NCBI GenBank assembly: GCA_900316305.1
Contig: ONCM01000005.1
Coordinates: 65,295-129,294, forward strand
Reading direction: 5' to 3'
DNA from: an uncultured Bacteroidales bacterium
Lineage (GTDB): Bacteria > Bacteroidota > Bacteroidia > Bacteroidales > WCHB1-69
Length of the DNA: 64,000 bases
Numbering within the stretch: position 1 is the first letter of the stretch; every line of letters starts with the position of its first letter. Below the pieces are notes generated by a model. That model was not told the DNA's origin and searched no databases. It saw only the letters and a program-made list of their open reading frames with translations. The position numbers and the translations under genes are program-made. Shown in pieces: positions 42,888-52,408 of the stretch.

Positions 42888-44270
42888 ATGAATTATTACA
42901 TCAAAAACGCTACGATAGTAAATGAAGGTGAGACATTTAACGCTCACCTTTTTATTAAAGACGACATCATCGCCAAAATTGTGCGCGAAGGCGATCGTTT
43001 TGAGCCGGAAAATGCGCAGATTATTGATGCTCGGGGCAAATACCTCATCCCTGGGGTCATTGACGAGCACGTGCACTTTCGGGAGCCGGGAATGACTGCC
43101 AAGGCCGACATCTACAGCGAAAGTCGGGCGGCGGTGGCGGGCGGCGTCACCACCTACATGGAGATGCCCAACACCATTCCACAGACCACCACGCAAGCTC
43201 TTTTGCAGGAGAAATTCGACCTTGCGGCCGAGAAATCATTGGCCAACTATTCGTTCTACATCGGGGCCACCAATGACAATCTGGACGAGATTGTGAAGAC
43301 GGATCCCGAAAAGGTTTGCGGTGTAAAGCTGTTTATGGGTTCCAGCACCGGCAACATGCTGGTGGATCAAGATTCCGTTTTGGAAACACTCTTCAAGGAA
43401 TCGCCTTGCCTGATTGCCGCACACTGTGAAGACGAAGAAATCATCAAACGGAATACGCTACGATATAAGGAGTTAGCAGAAAGGCACGAAATCATTCCGG
43501 ACGCCGTCATTCACCCGCTCGTGCGCACGGAGGAGGCCTGCTATCGCTCCACCGAAAAGGCCGTGAAGCTGGCCCAGAAAACGGGAGCACGACTGCATGT
43601 CATGCACATCTCCACGCGTGCGGAACTGTTGCTTTTTGATCCTACCATCCCTTTGAAATCCAAAAAGATAACTGCAGAGACCTGTCCTCATTATCTGCTG
43701 TTCGACGACCGCGACTACGCGCATTTCGGCTTCGCTATCAAGTGCAATCCTGCTATCAAATCAGCGCACGACAAACTGGCACTGTGGAGAGGCGTGAAAG
43801 ACGGCTATATCGACACCATTGGTTCCGACCACGCCCCACACCTGCGCGAGGAGAAATTCACGGACAGCTATTTCACCGCCAAATCGGGCTTTCCGTCAAT
43901 CCAATACAATCTGCCATTGATGGCGGACAATTTCAAACGTAATCAATTAAAAATGACGGAGTTGGTGCAACTTATGTGCCACAACCCCGCCATCTTGTAT
44001 CAGATTGACCGCCGCGGTTTCATCCGCGAGGGCTATTTTGCGGATTTAGCCATCGTTGACACAAATGCCAACAGGCTGATTAGTAATGAGGAAGCTCTTT
44101 ACAAATGCAAATGGACACCATACGACGGCACTGCAGTCCGGACGGTGGTCACCCACACGTTTGTTAATGGCAATTTAGTCTATGAAAACGGATCTTTCCA
44201 CGAAGAAAGCCGTGGTCAACGACTGACGTTTACACGAACTCCTTGCCAAAATCCACCTGTATGTCCGTAA
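42888..44270 (+). CDS. pyrC: Dihydroorotase (amidohydrolase superfamily)
   Basis: 460 aa with the 'IDEHVHFREPG' metal-binding motif. The 3' end overlaps the convergent gene by 41 nt. Confidence 0.8.
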   Translation: MNYYIKNATIVNEGETFNAHLFIKDDIIAKIVREGDRFEPENAQIIDARGKYLIPGVIDEHVHFREPGMTAKADIYSESRAAVAGGVTTYMEMPNTIPQTTTQALLQEKFDLAAEKSLANYSFYIGATNDNLDEIVKTDPEKVCGVKLFMGSSTGNMLVDQDSVLETLFKESPCLIAAHCEDEEIIKRNTLRYKELAERHEIIPDAVIHPLVRTEEACYRSTEKAVKLAQKTGARLHVMHISTRAELLLFDPTIPLKSKKITAETCPHYLLFDDRDYAHFGFAIKCNPAIKSAHDKLALWRGVKDGYIDTIGSDHAPHLREEKFTDSYFTAKSGFPSIQYNLPLMADNFKRNQLKMTELVQLMCHNPAILYQIDRRGFIREGYFADLAIVDTNANRLISNEEALYKCKWTPYDGTAVRTVVTHTFVNGNLVYENGSFHEESRGQRLTFTRTPCQNPPVCP

Positions 44271-45324
44271 CATACTGACGGATCTGCTGTTCCTCAGACT
44301 TCTTGCAAATCAATAACATATCGTTATTTTCCACCACAATGTAGTCTTCCAGACCTTGGATGACCACCACTTTGTTACGCGGCATGTTGACGATGCACTT
44401 TTCAGAATCGTACATCTTCACATGATTACCGACCACCGAGTTGAGTTTGTCGTCCTTTTTGCGAAGATCATACAAGGAACTCCACGTGCCAAGGTCTGAC
44501 CAACCGAAATTGGCGGCATAGACTTTCACATTATCGGCTTTCTCCATCACGCCGTAGTCGATAGATATCTTTCTGCAAACCTGATAGATACGGTCAATAA
44601 ATTCTTCCTCTTTCGGTGTATTGTACAAACCCTCGCCCTGCTTGAAGAGGTCGTTGATATCGGGCAGATACATTTCAAAAGCCTTTTCAATGGTCGATAA
44701 CGACCACATGAAAATGCCCGCATTCCACAGGAAATCACCGCTTTCCAGGAAACTCTTGGCCATCTCCAACTCCGGTTTTTCAGTGAAAGTTTTCACTGCA
44801 TACACCGAAGGATTGCCCATAAATCCCTCATCTTCATTGTATTGGATATAACCGTACCCCGTGTTCGGGAACGTCGGGCGGATGCCGATAGTAAGCAAGC
44901 ACGGATTAGCCTCCGTTATAGCTAAACCATTTTTGATGATATCCACAAAGATGTTCTCTTTCAAGATGTAATGGTCGGAAGGAGCTACCACGATCACCGC
45001 ATTCGGATTCTTGGCCTTGATTTTGTAGTTGGCATACGCAATACACGGGGCGGTATTCCGGCGATAAGGTTCCAGAATAATCTGTTCTTCCGAAATATCA
45101 GGAAGTTGCTCATGCGTGATTTGCTGATAAGCCTTGTTGGTGACAATGTAGATGTTCTCCTTCGGACAGATTTTCGCAAAACGCGCGAACGTTTTTTGGA
45201 TCAAAGTCTGACCGTCGCCCAACACATCGATGAACTGCTTGGGCGTGGTGCTGTTGCTCATCGGCCAAAAACGTGCACCCACGCCACCGGCCATGATGAC
45301 ACAGTAATAGTTATTGTTCAGCAT
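44230..45324 (-). CDS. Mannose-1-phosphate guanylyltransferase-like nucleotidyltransferase
   Basis: Contains 'VIMAGGVGARFWPMS..PKQF'. Confidence 0.75.
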   Translation of the reverse strand: MLNNNYYCVIMAGGVGARFWPMSNSTTPKQFIDVLGDGQTLIQKTFARFAKICPKENIYIVTNKAYQQITHEQLPDISEEQIILEPYRRNTAPCIAYANYKIKAKNPNAVIVVAPSDHYILKENIFVDIIKNGLAITEANPCLLTIGIRPTFPNTGYGYIQYNEDEGFMGNPSVYAVKTFTEKPELEMAKSFLESGDFLWNAGIFMWSLSTIEKAFEMYLPDINDLFKQGEGLYNTPKEEEFIDRIYQVCRKISIDYGVMEKADNVKVYAANFGWSDLGTWSSLYDLRKKDDKLNSVVGNHVKMYDSEKCIVNMPRNKVVVIQGLEDYIVVENNDMLLICKKSEEQQIRQYVTDIQVDFGKEFV

Positions 45325-45362
45325 GTTGTTCTTTTTGTTGATAAATTGTATTCACCCGTTAC

Positions 45363-45390
45363 GTAGAGACGCGGTGCACCGCGTCTCTAC
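45363..45390. repeat. GTAGAGACG-family palindrome
   Basis: Sequence gtagagacgcggtgcaccgcgtctctac. The flanking ccgtt/aacgg sequences extend the stem. Confidence 0.8.
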
Positions 45391-45403
45391 AACGGATTAA
45401 CGG

Positions 45404-46597
45404 TTAATTCTCATTCAAGGCTTTTACACCCGGAAGTTCCTTACCTTCCAAGTATTCCAACATCGCGCCGCCGCCGGTGCTGATGTAGGAGATGTAGTTG
45501 CCGAGATCGTATTTATTGACAGCTGCAATAGAATCGCCACCGCCCACAATGGAATAAGCGCCAGCCAAGGTGGTGGCTGCCACGCTCAACGCCACGGCGC
45601 GGGTACCTTCGCTGAATTTCTCCAGCTCGAACACGCCCACAGGACCGTTCCACAAAATGGTCTTGGAATCCTTAATGACCTTCGCGATGTTCACGCGGCT
45701 CTTCGGACCGATGTCGAGGGCTTCCCAGTTGTCGGGGATGTTGTTGTCTTCTGTCACTAAAACGTTAGCATCGTTGCTGAATTTGTCGGCGCAGACGCTA
45801 TCGACACGGCAGACGAAGTTCACGCCAGAGGCTTTCACTTGGTCGAGAATCTCTTGAGCAACAGGAAGCATGTCGGGTTCGTACAGTGAGTTACCGATAG
45901 TAAAGCCCATAGCCTTCAGGAAGGTGTAGCTCAAACCGCCGCCCACGACGAGGTTGTCAACCTTGGGGATGAGGTTCTTGAGGATGTTGATCTTCGTGGA
46001 AACCTTGGAGCCGCCGATGATAGCGGTGAAAGGACGCTCTTGACCGTTGAGGGTCTTTTCGAGGTTCATCACCTCGTTGTAGAGCAAATAGCCGGCGAAA
46101 GCCTTGCCCGGGAAGCAACGAGCCACGGTCGCGGTGGAAGCGTGCTCGCGGTGTGCGGTACCGAACGCATCGTTCACGTACACATCGCCAAGACGTGCGA
46201 TAGCCTTAGCGAAATCAACATCACCCTTCTCCTCTTCCTTGTGGAAGCGCAGATTCTCCATCAGCACAACGCTACCGGGTTTCAGATTCTTGCAGAGAGT
46301 TTCGGCCTCAGCAGTCAGTACATCACCACCGAAAACAACCTCGGTACCAAGGATTTCCGATGTTTTCTTCACGATGTGGCGCAAGGACATATCGTCTTTC
46401 ACCTCACCTTTCGGACGACCGAGGTGGGAAAGCAGAATGGCGGAACCGCCATCGTTCAGAATCTTGCCGATGGTATCTTTCGTGCGCACGATGCGGGTAA
46501 CATCGGTCACATTGAAGTTTTCATCCAACGGCACGTTGTAGTCAACGCGAATCAGGGCTCTTTCGCCACTGAAGTTATGTTCTTGGATTGATTTCAT
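45404..46597 (-). CDS. pgk: Phosphoglycerate kinase
   Basis: 397 aa with 'RVDYNVP', 'HLGRPKG' and 'STGGGA'. Confidence 0.95.
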   Translation of the reverse strand: MKSIQEHNFSGERALIRVDYNVPLDENFNVTDVTRIVRTKDTIGKILNDGGSAILLSHLGRPKGEVKDDMSLRHIVKKTSEILGTEVVFGGDVLTAEAETLCKNLKPGSVVLMENLRFHKEEEKGDVDFAKAIARLGDVYVNDAFGTAHREHASTATVARCFPGKAFAGYLLYNEVMNLEKTLNGQERPFTAIIGGSKVSTKINILKNLIPKVDNLVVGGGLSYTFLKAMGFTIGNSLYEPDMLPVAQEILDQVKASGVNFVCRVDSVCADKFSNDANVLVTEDNNIPDNWEALDIGPKSRVNIAKVIKDSKTILWNGPVGVFELEKFSEGTRAVALSVAATTLAGAYSIVGGGDSIAAVNKYDLGNYISYISTGGGAMLEYLEGKELPGVKALNEN

Positions 46598-46631
46598 AAT
46601 AGTTTGGTATTTTGGTGAATAAATATTTTCG

Positions 46632-47426
46632 TTATACCGCTACTTCCGCCTTGATGTGAGGATGCGGGTCGTAATTCTCTAACGTAAAGTCCTCGTATTG
46701 GAAGTCAAAAATGCTCTTGACCTCGGGATTGATGTGCATCTGCGGGAGGGCACGCGGCTCACGGGAGAGCTGTAACTTAGCCTGCTCCACGTGGTTGGAG
46801 TAAATGTGTGCGTCGCCAAAAGTGTGTACGAAATCCTTGGGTTGAAGGCCGCAGACCTGTGCCACCATCATCGTCAGCAAGGCATAAGAGGCTATGTTGA
46901 AGGGCACTCCGAGGAAGACGTCCGCACTACGCTGGTATAGTTGGCAGGAGAGTTGACCATCATTGGCGTAAAACTGGAACATCGTGTGACAGGGCGGCAG
47001 TGCCATTTGATCCACATCGGCGGGATTCCACGCACTCACGATGAGACGACGGGAATCGGGATTGCGCTTAAGCTGCTCTATCAGGCTGGTAATCTGATCA
47101 ATAATACGACCGTCAGGAGCCACCCACGAGCGCCATTGCTTGCCATAGACCGGTCCAAGGTCTCCATTTTCGTCAGCCCACTCGTCCCAAATAGTGACGT
47201 TATGGTCGTGCAGATACTGGATGTTCGTATCACCACGCAAAAACCACAGCAACTCATAGATAATGGAACGCAAATGTAACTTCTTAGTAGTCAACAAAGG
47301 AAAACCCTTCTGCAGGTCGAAGCGCATCTGATAGCCGAAAATGCTGTATGTGCCCGTGCCCGTGCGGTCAGATTTGTAGTGACCCTCGTCGAGGATCGTG
47401 CGCATCAAGTCAAGGTATTGTTTCAT
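46632..47426 (-). CDS. thyA: Thymidylate synthase
   Basis: 264 aa with 'DRTGTGT' and 'LPPCH'. Confidence 0.95.
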   Translation of the reverse strand: MKQYLDLMRTILDEGHYKSDRTGTGTYSIFGYQMRFDLQKGFPLLTTKKLHLRSIIYELLWFLRGDTNIQYLHDHNVTIWDEWADENGDLGPVYGKQWRSWVAPDGRIIDQITSLIEQLKRNPDSRRLIVSAWNPADVDQMALPPCHTMFQFYANDGQLSCQLYQRSADVFLGVPFNIASYALLTMMVAQVCGLQPKDFVHTFGDAHIYSNHVEQAKLQLSREPRALPQMHINPEVKSIFDFQYEDFTLENYDPHPHIKAEVAV

Positions 47427-48247
47427 TATGCTTCCAAACTTTCGAGCATGTCAATGACATTGTCGAGGTAGTGGTTATCAACCTTCTCAATTTCGCCCTT
47501 ATCACACAAAGTGGCCATTTCGGGATCGATAGGCAGTCTATCCAACAATTTAATATTGAACTCCTTAGCCACCTCTTCAGCATTGCTCTTGCCAAACACG
47601 GAGATCCTCTCACCGCAGTGCGGACATTTGATATAGCTGTAGTTTTCAATCAAACCGAGTACTGGAATGTTCATCATGCTGGCCATGTTCACAGCCTTGC
47701 TTACGATGAGGGAAACCAGCTCCTGCGGGGAAGTGATCATCAGAATACCGTCGAGGGTGATACTTTGGAAAACGGTCAACGGCACATCACCTGTTCCGGG
47801 AGGCATGTCAATCAACAGAAAATCAATGTTTTCCCAGATCACTTCGGTCCAGAACTGTTTCACCATGCCGGCAATCATCGGACCGCGCCAAAGGACGGGC
47901 GACTTCTCATCGGCAATCAGCAAATTACTGGAAATCACCTCGATACCCGTTTCAGTAACAGCAGGATAGACCCCCTGCTCGCTGCCGCGCACCATCTCGT
48001 GGAGGTTGAACATTTTCGGAATGGAAGGACCGGTGACATCGGCATCCAAAACACCTACACGATAACCCTTTTTGCGCAGGGCCACGGCCAACATCGCGGT
48101 GACGGAGCTCTTGCCCACGCCGCCCTTGCCGCTCACCACGCCAATGACCTTCTTTATATTGCTTAATGCATTCGGTTTTTCGTGCAAATCTCTGCTTCCG
48201 CAGTCTTTCTGACTGCATTCCTGACAATTGTGATTACATTCGCTCAT
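47426..48247 (-). CDS. Mrp/NBP35-family Fe-S cluster carrier ATPase
   Basis: Contains '[10 protein letters not shown]'. Both the N-terminus and the 'CPHCG' region are Cys-rich. Confidence 0.85.
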   Translation of the reverse strand: MSECNHNCQECSQKDCGSRDLHEKPNALSNIKKVIGVVSGKGGVGKSSVTAMLAVALRKKGYRVGVLDADVTGPSIPKMFNLHEMVRGSEQGVYPAVTETGIEVISSNLLIADEKSPVLWRGPMIAGMVKQFWTEVIWENIDFLLIDMPPGTGDVPLTVFQSITLDGILMITSPQELVSLIVSKAVNMASMMNIPVLGLIENYSYIKCPHCGERISVFGKSNAEEVAKEFNIKLLDRLPIDPEMATLCDKGEIEKVDNHYLDNVIDMLESLEA

Positions 48248-48282
48248 AATCTCTTCTATGTTTTTTTTAAGAATCTGAGCGG

Positions 48283-48290
48283 CAAAGATA
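48283..48290 (-). promoter_or_regulatory. -7 promoter box (TATCTTTG)
   Basis: Plus strand reads caaagata, 36 nt upstream of ATG 48247. Confidence 0.5.
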
Positions 48291-48304
48291 CAAATTTTTC
48301 AGAC

Positions 48305-48332
48305 GTAGAGACGTGGTGCACCGCGTCTCTAC
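48305..48332. repeat. GTAGAGACG-family palindrome
   Basis: Sequence gtagagacgtggtgcaccgcgtctctac, which differs from 45363..45390 by 1 nt. It contains the stop codon of the transporter ORF. Confidence 0.8.
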
Positions 48333-49222
48333 CTCTTGCGGTCATGCCACCATAACTGCAGGCTGTTGAAGAGGTTTTGCCAGATGATGTAAAAGGCGAG
48401 GAACACAGAAGAGAGCGGCTGGAGGTAGGTATTGGACATCCAAATGCCCATGGCGGTGTTCTTTTGGCCGAGCAGCTGACCGCCCGCCACGGTGTCACCG
48501 TAACGGTGCCCCAGCCATTTGCCGAAGCCGAACTGTATCGCACACATCACCGCAGAGAAAATCGCACCTATGAGGATGACGTGTCCATTCCCACGACCTT
48601 GGAGGAAAATATAGTCGATGGTGCGACCCAACGTAATAAAAAGTGCGAATGCCCACAGGTAGAATGAAACACTTTTATAGCGACAGAGCCAGTCGTTGGC
48701 CTTGGGCGCCCACGTCTGCAACGCCAACACCGTGAAAAACGGCAGAGCCAGCGTGGGGGTGATGCGCCGCAGAATCATCAAAAACGAGTTCCAGAAGGTG
48801 AGTTCCGGATGCACACCGATAAGGGTGAAGTAGAGCGGCGCCGCCACCGACATCACCAAATTGCAGAGCATGGTGTAGGCGGTAGTTGTCATGCGGTCGG
48901 CGCCAAGCATGGAGGAGATGACCACCACCGAAGCGGCTACGGGACACAGGGCGCACATCATGAAACCTTGCGCCATCGTTTCGTTGCCCGACACGGCTCG
49001 TACCAGCAAATAGAGTCCTGCACTGACCGTCAGCTGGAAGACCAACAGCCAGAAATGCAGCATCGAGAAACGCAGATGCCGCAAATCGACGGTCACGAAA
49101 TTCAGGAGCAGGATGGTGAAAATGAGCCACGGTACCAACGCAGAAAGTTGCACGCTGACCCCGTGGAACAGCAGTCCCAATAGGATGGCGACAGGGAGCA
49201 CATAACTGCGATATTTCTGCAT
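48329..49222 (-). CDS. Multi-pass transporter, bile acid:Na+ symporter (BASS)-like
   Basis: 297 aa with about 9-10 TM segments. The family assignment is tentative. Confidence 0.5.
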   Translation of the reverse strand: MQKYRSYVLPVAILLGLLFHGVSVQLSALVPWLIFTILLLNFVTVDLRHLRFSMLHFWLLVFQLTVSAGLYLLVRAVSGNETMAQGFMMCALCPVAASVVVISSMLGADRMTTTAYTMLCNLVMSVAAPLYFTLIGVHPELTFWNSFLMILRRITPTLALPFFTVLALQTWAPKANDWLCRYKSVSFYLWAFALFITLGRTIDYIFLQGRGNGHVILIGAIFSAVMCAIQFGFGKWLGHRYGDTVAGGQLLGQKNTAMGIWMSNTYLQPLSSVFLAFYIIWQNLFNSLQLWWHDRKR

Positions 49223-49228
49223 ATAGAA

Positions 49229-49258
49229 GGTTTAGAGTTTAGGGTTTAAGGTTTAGGG
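49229..49258. repeat. Heptamer array (GGTTTAG family, the reverse complement of TAAACYC)
   Basis: Sequence: ggtttag agtttag ggtttaa ggtttag. Confidence 0.7.
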
Positions 49259-50452
49259 TAGAGACGTTTCATGAAACGTCTCTACAAATGGTGCGACAGC
49301 TCGGTCAAAAATGCCATTCACGTAGGCGAGCACCATGCCATAGTTGCTGACGGGGATTCCCGCCTCGATAGCCGGACGCAGGCGTTCGTGCAGTTGCTTG
49401 CGCGTGACCATGCAGCCGCCACATTGGACAACCATTGCATATTGCTGGATATCAGGGATTTGGTTGAGACCCGACACAAAGTCGAATTGCAGTGTTTTGC
49501 CCGTAAACTTTTGGATAAGCCTTGGCAACTTCACCCGCCCGATGTCCTCGCAGGAGGTAAGATGCGTACACGATTCCAACATCAGGATGCGATTGCCGTC
49601 TTGAAGTTCGCGTAATTTGGGAGTACCTTCGAGATAGGCTTCGAACTCGCCCTTGTGGTGCGCCAAAACCACGCTGAAGCCCGTCAGGGGAATGTTTTCC
49701 GGCACATCTTTCTCTACCTTGTGGAAGGCTTGACTGTCGGTGATGACTAATTTCGGGGCACGGTGGTTTTGCAAATAAGCGGCCACTTTGTCCTCTTTCA
49801 ATACAATGACAATAGCCTCGTTATCAAGTACATCGCGAATCATTTGCACCTGCGGGAGAATCATCCGTCCTTCGGGGGCTTCAGAATCAATAGGCGTAAC
49901 TAACAGCACCTCATCGCCCTCATTGATAAGGTCGCCGAGCAGCGAGCGAGTGCGGTACGCCGACTCTGGCATTATCCGCACGACTTCCTGCAGCATCTCG
50001 TCAATGCCGTTGCGCGTTTTCGTACTGATATTCAAAACTGTGCAACCATCAACTTCCATCTCGCGCGAAGTGACAAGGTCGCATTTATTGTTAACGATGA
50101 GGTAGGGGATCTCATAGTGTCGGAACTGCTCCATCAACTGCCGTTCGGGAATGCCTACTTCGTAATCGGTAATCACAAGGATGGCCAAGTCAATGATTTT
50201 CAGCACTTCCAGCGACTTCTGAATGCGCTTCGCCCCGACGGCACCTTCGTCATCGATACCGGCAGTGTCGATGATGATGCACGGTCCGATGCCGAAAATC
50301 TCAATCGATTTGCGCACGGGGTCGGTGGTGGTGCCGGCCGTGGCGTCCACAATGGCGACCTCCTGTCCCGTGATGGCGTTGATCAGCGAGCTCTTGCCGT
50401 TGTTCCTTCTTCCAAAAATGCCGATATGCGGCTTGTCATTACGTCCTTTCAT
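49253..50452 (-). CDS. hydF: [FeFe]-hydrogenase maturation GTPase HydF
   Basis: G1 motif 'GRRNNGKSSL' and G3 motif 'DTAG'. C-terminal cluster ligands are 'CTHLTSC...QCGGC'. The last codons run into the palindrome at 49258. Confidence 0.8.
   Translation of the reverse strand: MKGRNDKPHIGIFGRRNNGKSSLINAITGQEVAIVDATAGTTTDPVRKSIEIFGIGPCIIIDTAGIDDEGAVGAKRIQKSLEVLKIIDLAILVITDYEVGIPERQLMEQFRHYEIPYLIVNNKCDLVTSREMEVDGCTVLNISTKTRNGIDEMLQEVVRIMPESAYRTRSLLGDLINEGDEVLLVTPIDSEAPEGRMILPQVQMIRDVLDNEAIVIVLKEDKVAAYLQNHRAPKLVITDSQAFHKVEKDVPENIPLTGFSVVLAHHKGEFEAYLEGTPKLRELQDGNRILMLESCTHLTSCEDIGRVKLPRLIQKFTGKTLQFDFVSGLNQIPDIQQYAMVVQCGGCMVTRKQLHERLRPAIEAGIPVSNYGMVLAYVNGIFDRAVAPFVETFHETSLP
49258..49285. repeat. 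GTAGAGACG-family palindrome
   Basis: Identical 28-mer to 41253..41280. Confidence 0.8.
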
Positions 50453-50457
50453 GGCGG

Positions 50458-50465
50458 CAAAAGTA
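50458..50465 (-). promoter_or_regulatory. -7 promoter box (TACTTTTG) for hydF
   Basis: Plus strand reads caaaagta, only 5 nt from ATG 50452. The transcript would be leaderless if the motif is used. Confidence 0.4.
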
Positions 50466-50497
50466 CTAATTTTTCAGATTATATTCCGATAATTCAA

Positions 50498-50535
50498 GCT
50501 TCAATAACCCATAACCAATAACCCATAACCATTAC
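50498..50535. repeat. CTTCAATAACC..CCATTAC element
   Basis: Sequence gcttcaataacccataaccaataacccataaccattac. It supplies the TAA stop of the ABC gene. Confidence 0.7.
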
Positions 50536-52316
50536 CCTATCGTTTTCGCAATCTTCTCGATGTTCAAACTCCGCGCCGAAGCGTCGATGATGTCTTTGTA
50601 GATGCCGCCTTTCTTGTAGATTTCGTCGGGGTCACCGGATTCCTCCACGCGGCCGTCCTTGAGGGCGTAAATGTAGTCCGCGTCGATGATCTGCGAGATG
50701 CTGTGGGAGATGATGATGACGGTGCGATCTTGCTTGATGGCGTCGATGCTGTTCTTGATCTGTTCCGTGGCAATGGCATCCAAGCTGGCGGTGGGCTCAT
50801 CCAAAAAGATGATGGGCGGATTCTTGAGGAACATACGGGCAATGGCCACGCGCTGCTGCTGCCCGCCGGAAAGATCGGTGGCACTATGCGAGAACTGTTT
50901 CGGCAACTCCATAATCTGGTCGTAAAGATGCGCCTTTTGGGCGGCCTCCACCACCTCCTCGTGCGTGGCCTCCGGGTTGCCGTAGAGGATGTTCTCCTCG
51001 ATGGTGCCATCGAAAATGTGGTTTTTCTGCAACACCAATCCGATGTTCTCGCGCAGATAATGCGTGTCGTAGTCGCGCAAATCGACCCCGTCGAGGGTGA
51101 TCGTGCCCACCTGCGGTTCGTAGAACTTGTCTAACAGGTTGACGATGGTACTCTTGCCAGCGCCCGAAAGTCCGACCAACGCCGTAATCTTGCCCGGCTC
51201 AATCTTCATGTTGACGTCGAACAATGCCTGCGTGCCGTTCGGGTAGGTGAAATCAACGTTCGTAAGCTCGAAGTTGCCGTGAATCTGCTCGGGTTTGTAG
51301 TCACCCGACGGTTCGACTTCCGCTTCGGAGTTGAGGATGCCGAAGAAGCCCTCTGCGTAGATCAGCGCATCGTTCACATCGTCAAAAATACGCTGCAATT
51401 GCGTAATGGGCGCGATGACGTTGCTGAAAAGCATCACGTGATACATGATTTTACCGATGGTCATGCCGGGATATTCGATGAGTACCAGATAGGCGGTGAG
51501 GATAATAACCAACACAGTACCAATCTGTTTCACGAAACTCTTCAAGCCGTTGTAGTAGAAAGCCACCTTGCGGGTCTTCATCTGGTTTTCCGTCACTTGG
51601 TTCTGGATGTCGAGCTGTTTCTGTCCCTCGATTTCTTCGCGGTTGAAGCTCTTGATGACGTTGATAGAGTCGATGATGTTCTTGATTCCCTGACTTTTAG
51701 ACTCCAAATGGCTCCGCATTTCGCGCCGCCAGCCTTTGAGTCTCCTCGCTTGTCGATAGGTGATCCAAAAGTAGATGGGCACGATGCCGAGGGCGACCAA
51801 ACCCACATAGACGTTGGCCGCAAACATCAGGATAAGGGCGAGCAAGGCGCTGGTGAACAGCGGCAGCAAGTCAATGAAAAAGTTCTGCACCGTTCGCGAC
51901 AACGAGCTGACACCCTGGTCGATACGGGCCTGCAACTTTCCTGTAGCATTGTCACCGGAGTTGAAAAACGCCATCTTGAAGGTGAGCACCTTCTCAATGA
52001 CGCTCTGCGCCAGATCGCGACTGACGTAAATCCGCATCCGCTCACCGAAATAGTTCTGTGCAAAGGTGACCAGCGCGGAGAGCAACTCCTTGCCCAACAG
52101 CACAACGCTGATAATAGTCATAATCCGCGCCGCCTGACTCCATTGGAAGTTCGTGCCAATCAGCGCGTTGATGGCATCCACCGTCCGGTCGAGTACAATG
52201 GCGTTAACCTGCGCCATCAAAGATCCGACCAAGGTGAGGATTAACGTAATGAGCACCAACCATTTGTAAGGTTTTACGAATGGGCGGAGGTTTTTGAAAA
52301 GTTGCAGGAGGTTCAT
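50532..52316 (-). CDS. ABC exporter, fused permease/ATPase (MsbA-like)
   Basis: Six-TM N-terminal domain. Walker A 'GLSGAGKST', signature 'LSGGQQQR' and Walker B 'IIFLDEPTASLD' are present. Confidence 0.85.
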   Translation of the reverse strand: MNLLQLFKNLRPFVKPYKWLVLITLILTLVGSLMAQVNAIVLDRTVDAINALIGTNFQWSQAARIMTIISVVLLGKELLSALVTFAQNYFGERMRIYVSRDLAQSVIEKVLTFKMAFFNSGDNATGKLQARIDQGVSSLSRTVQNFFIDLLPLFTSALLALILMFAANVYVGLVALGIVPIYFWITYRQARRLKGWRREMRSHLESKSQGIKNIIDSINVIKSFNREEIEGQKQLDIQNQVTENQMKTRKVAFYYNGLKSFVKQIGTVLVIILTAYLVLIEYPGMTIGKIMYHVMLFSNVIAPITQLQRIFDDVNDALIYAEGFFGILNSEAEVEPSGDYKPEQIHGNFELTNVDFTYPNGTQALFDVNMKIEPGKITALVGLSGAGKSTIVNLLDKFYEPQVGTITLDGVDLRDYDTHYLRENIGLVLQKNHIFDGTIEENILYGNPEATHEEVVEAAQKAHLYDQIMELPKQFSHSATDLSGGQQQRVAIARMFLKNPPIIFLDEPTASLDAIATEQIKNSIDAIKQDRTVIIISHSISQIIDADYIYALKDGRVEESGDPDEIYKKGGIYKDIIDASARSLNIEKIAKTIG

Positions 52317-52319
52317 TTT

Positions 52320-52354
52320 AATGTAGAATTATGAATGTAGAATGAAGAATAATT
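52320..52354. repeat. Heptamer array (AATGTAG family)
   Basis: Sequence: aatgtag aattatg aatgtag aatgaag aataatt. It abuts ATG 52316. Confidence 0.6.
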
Positions 52355-52408
52355 TCCTTGAGCAGCCCCGAAGGGGCAAGAGCTTGGTAGAGAATGATAT
52401 TTCGATTA

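Noticed and set aside
44230-44270. A 41-nt convergent overlap between pyrC and the guanylyltransferase gene.
   Set aside because: It probably reflects only a non-conserved C-terminal extension of the pyrC ORF up to the first stop. There is no structure or repeat in the overlap.
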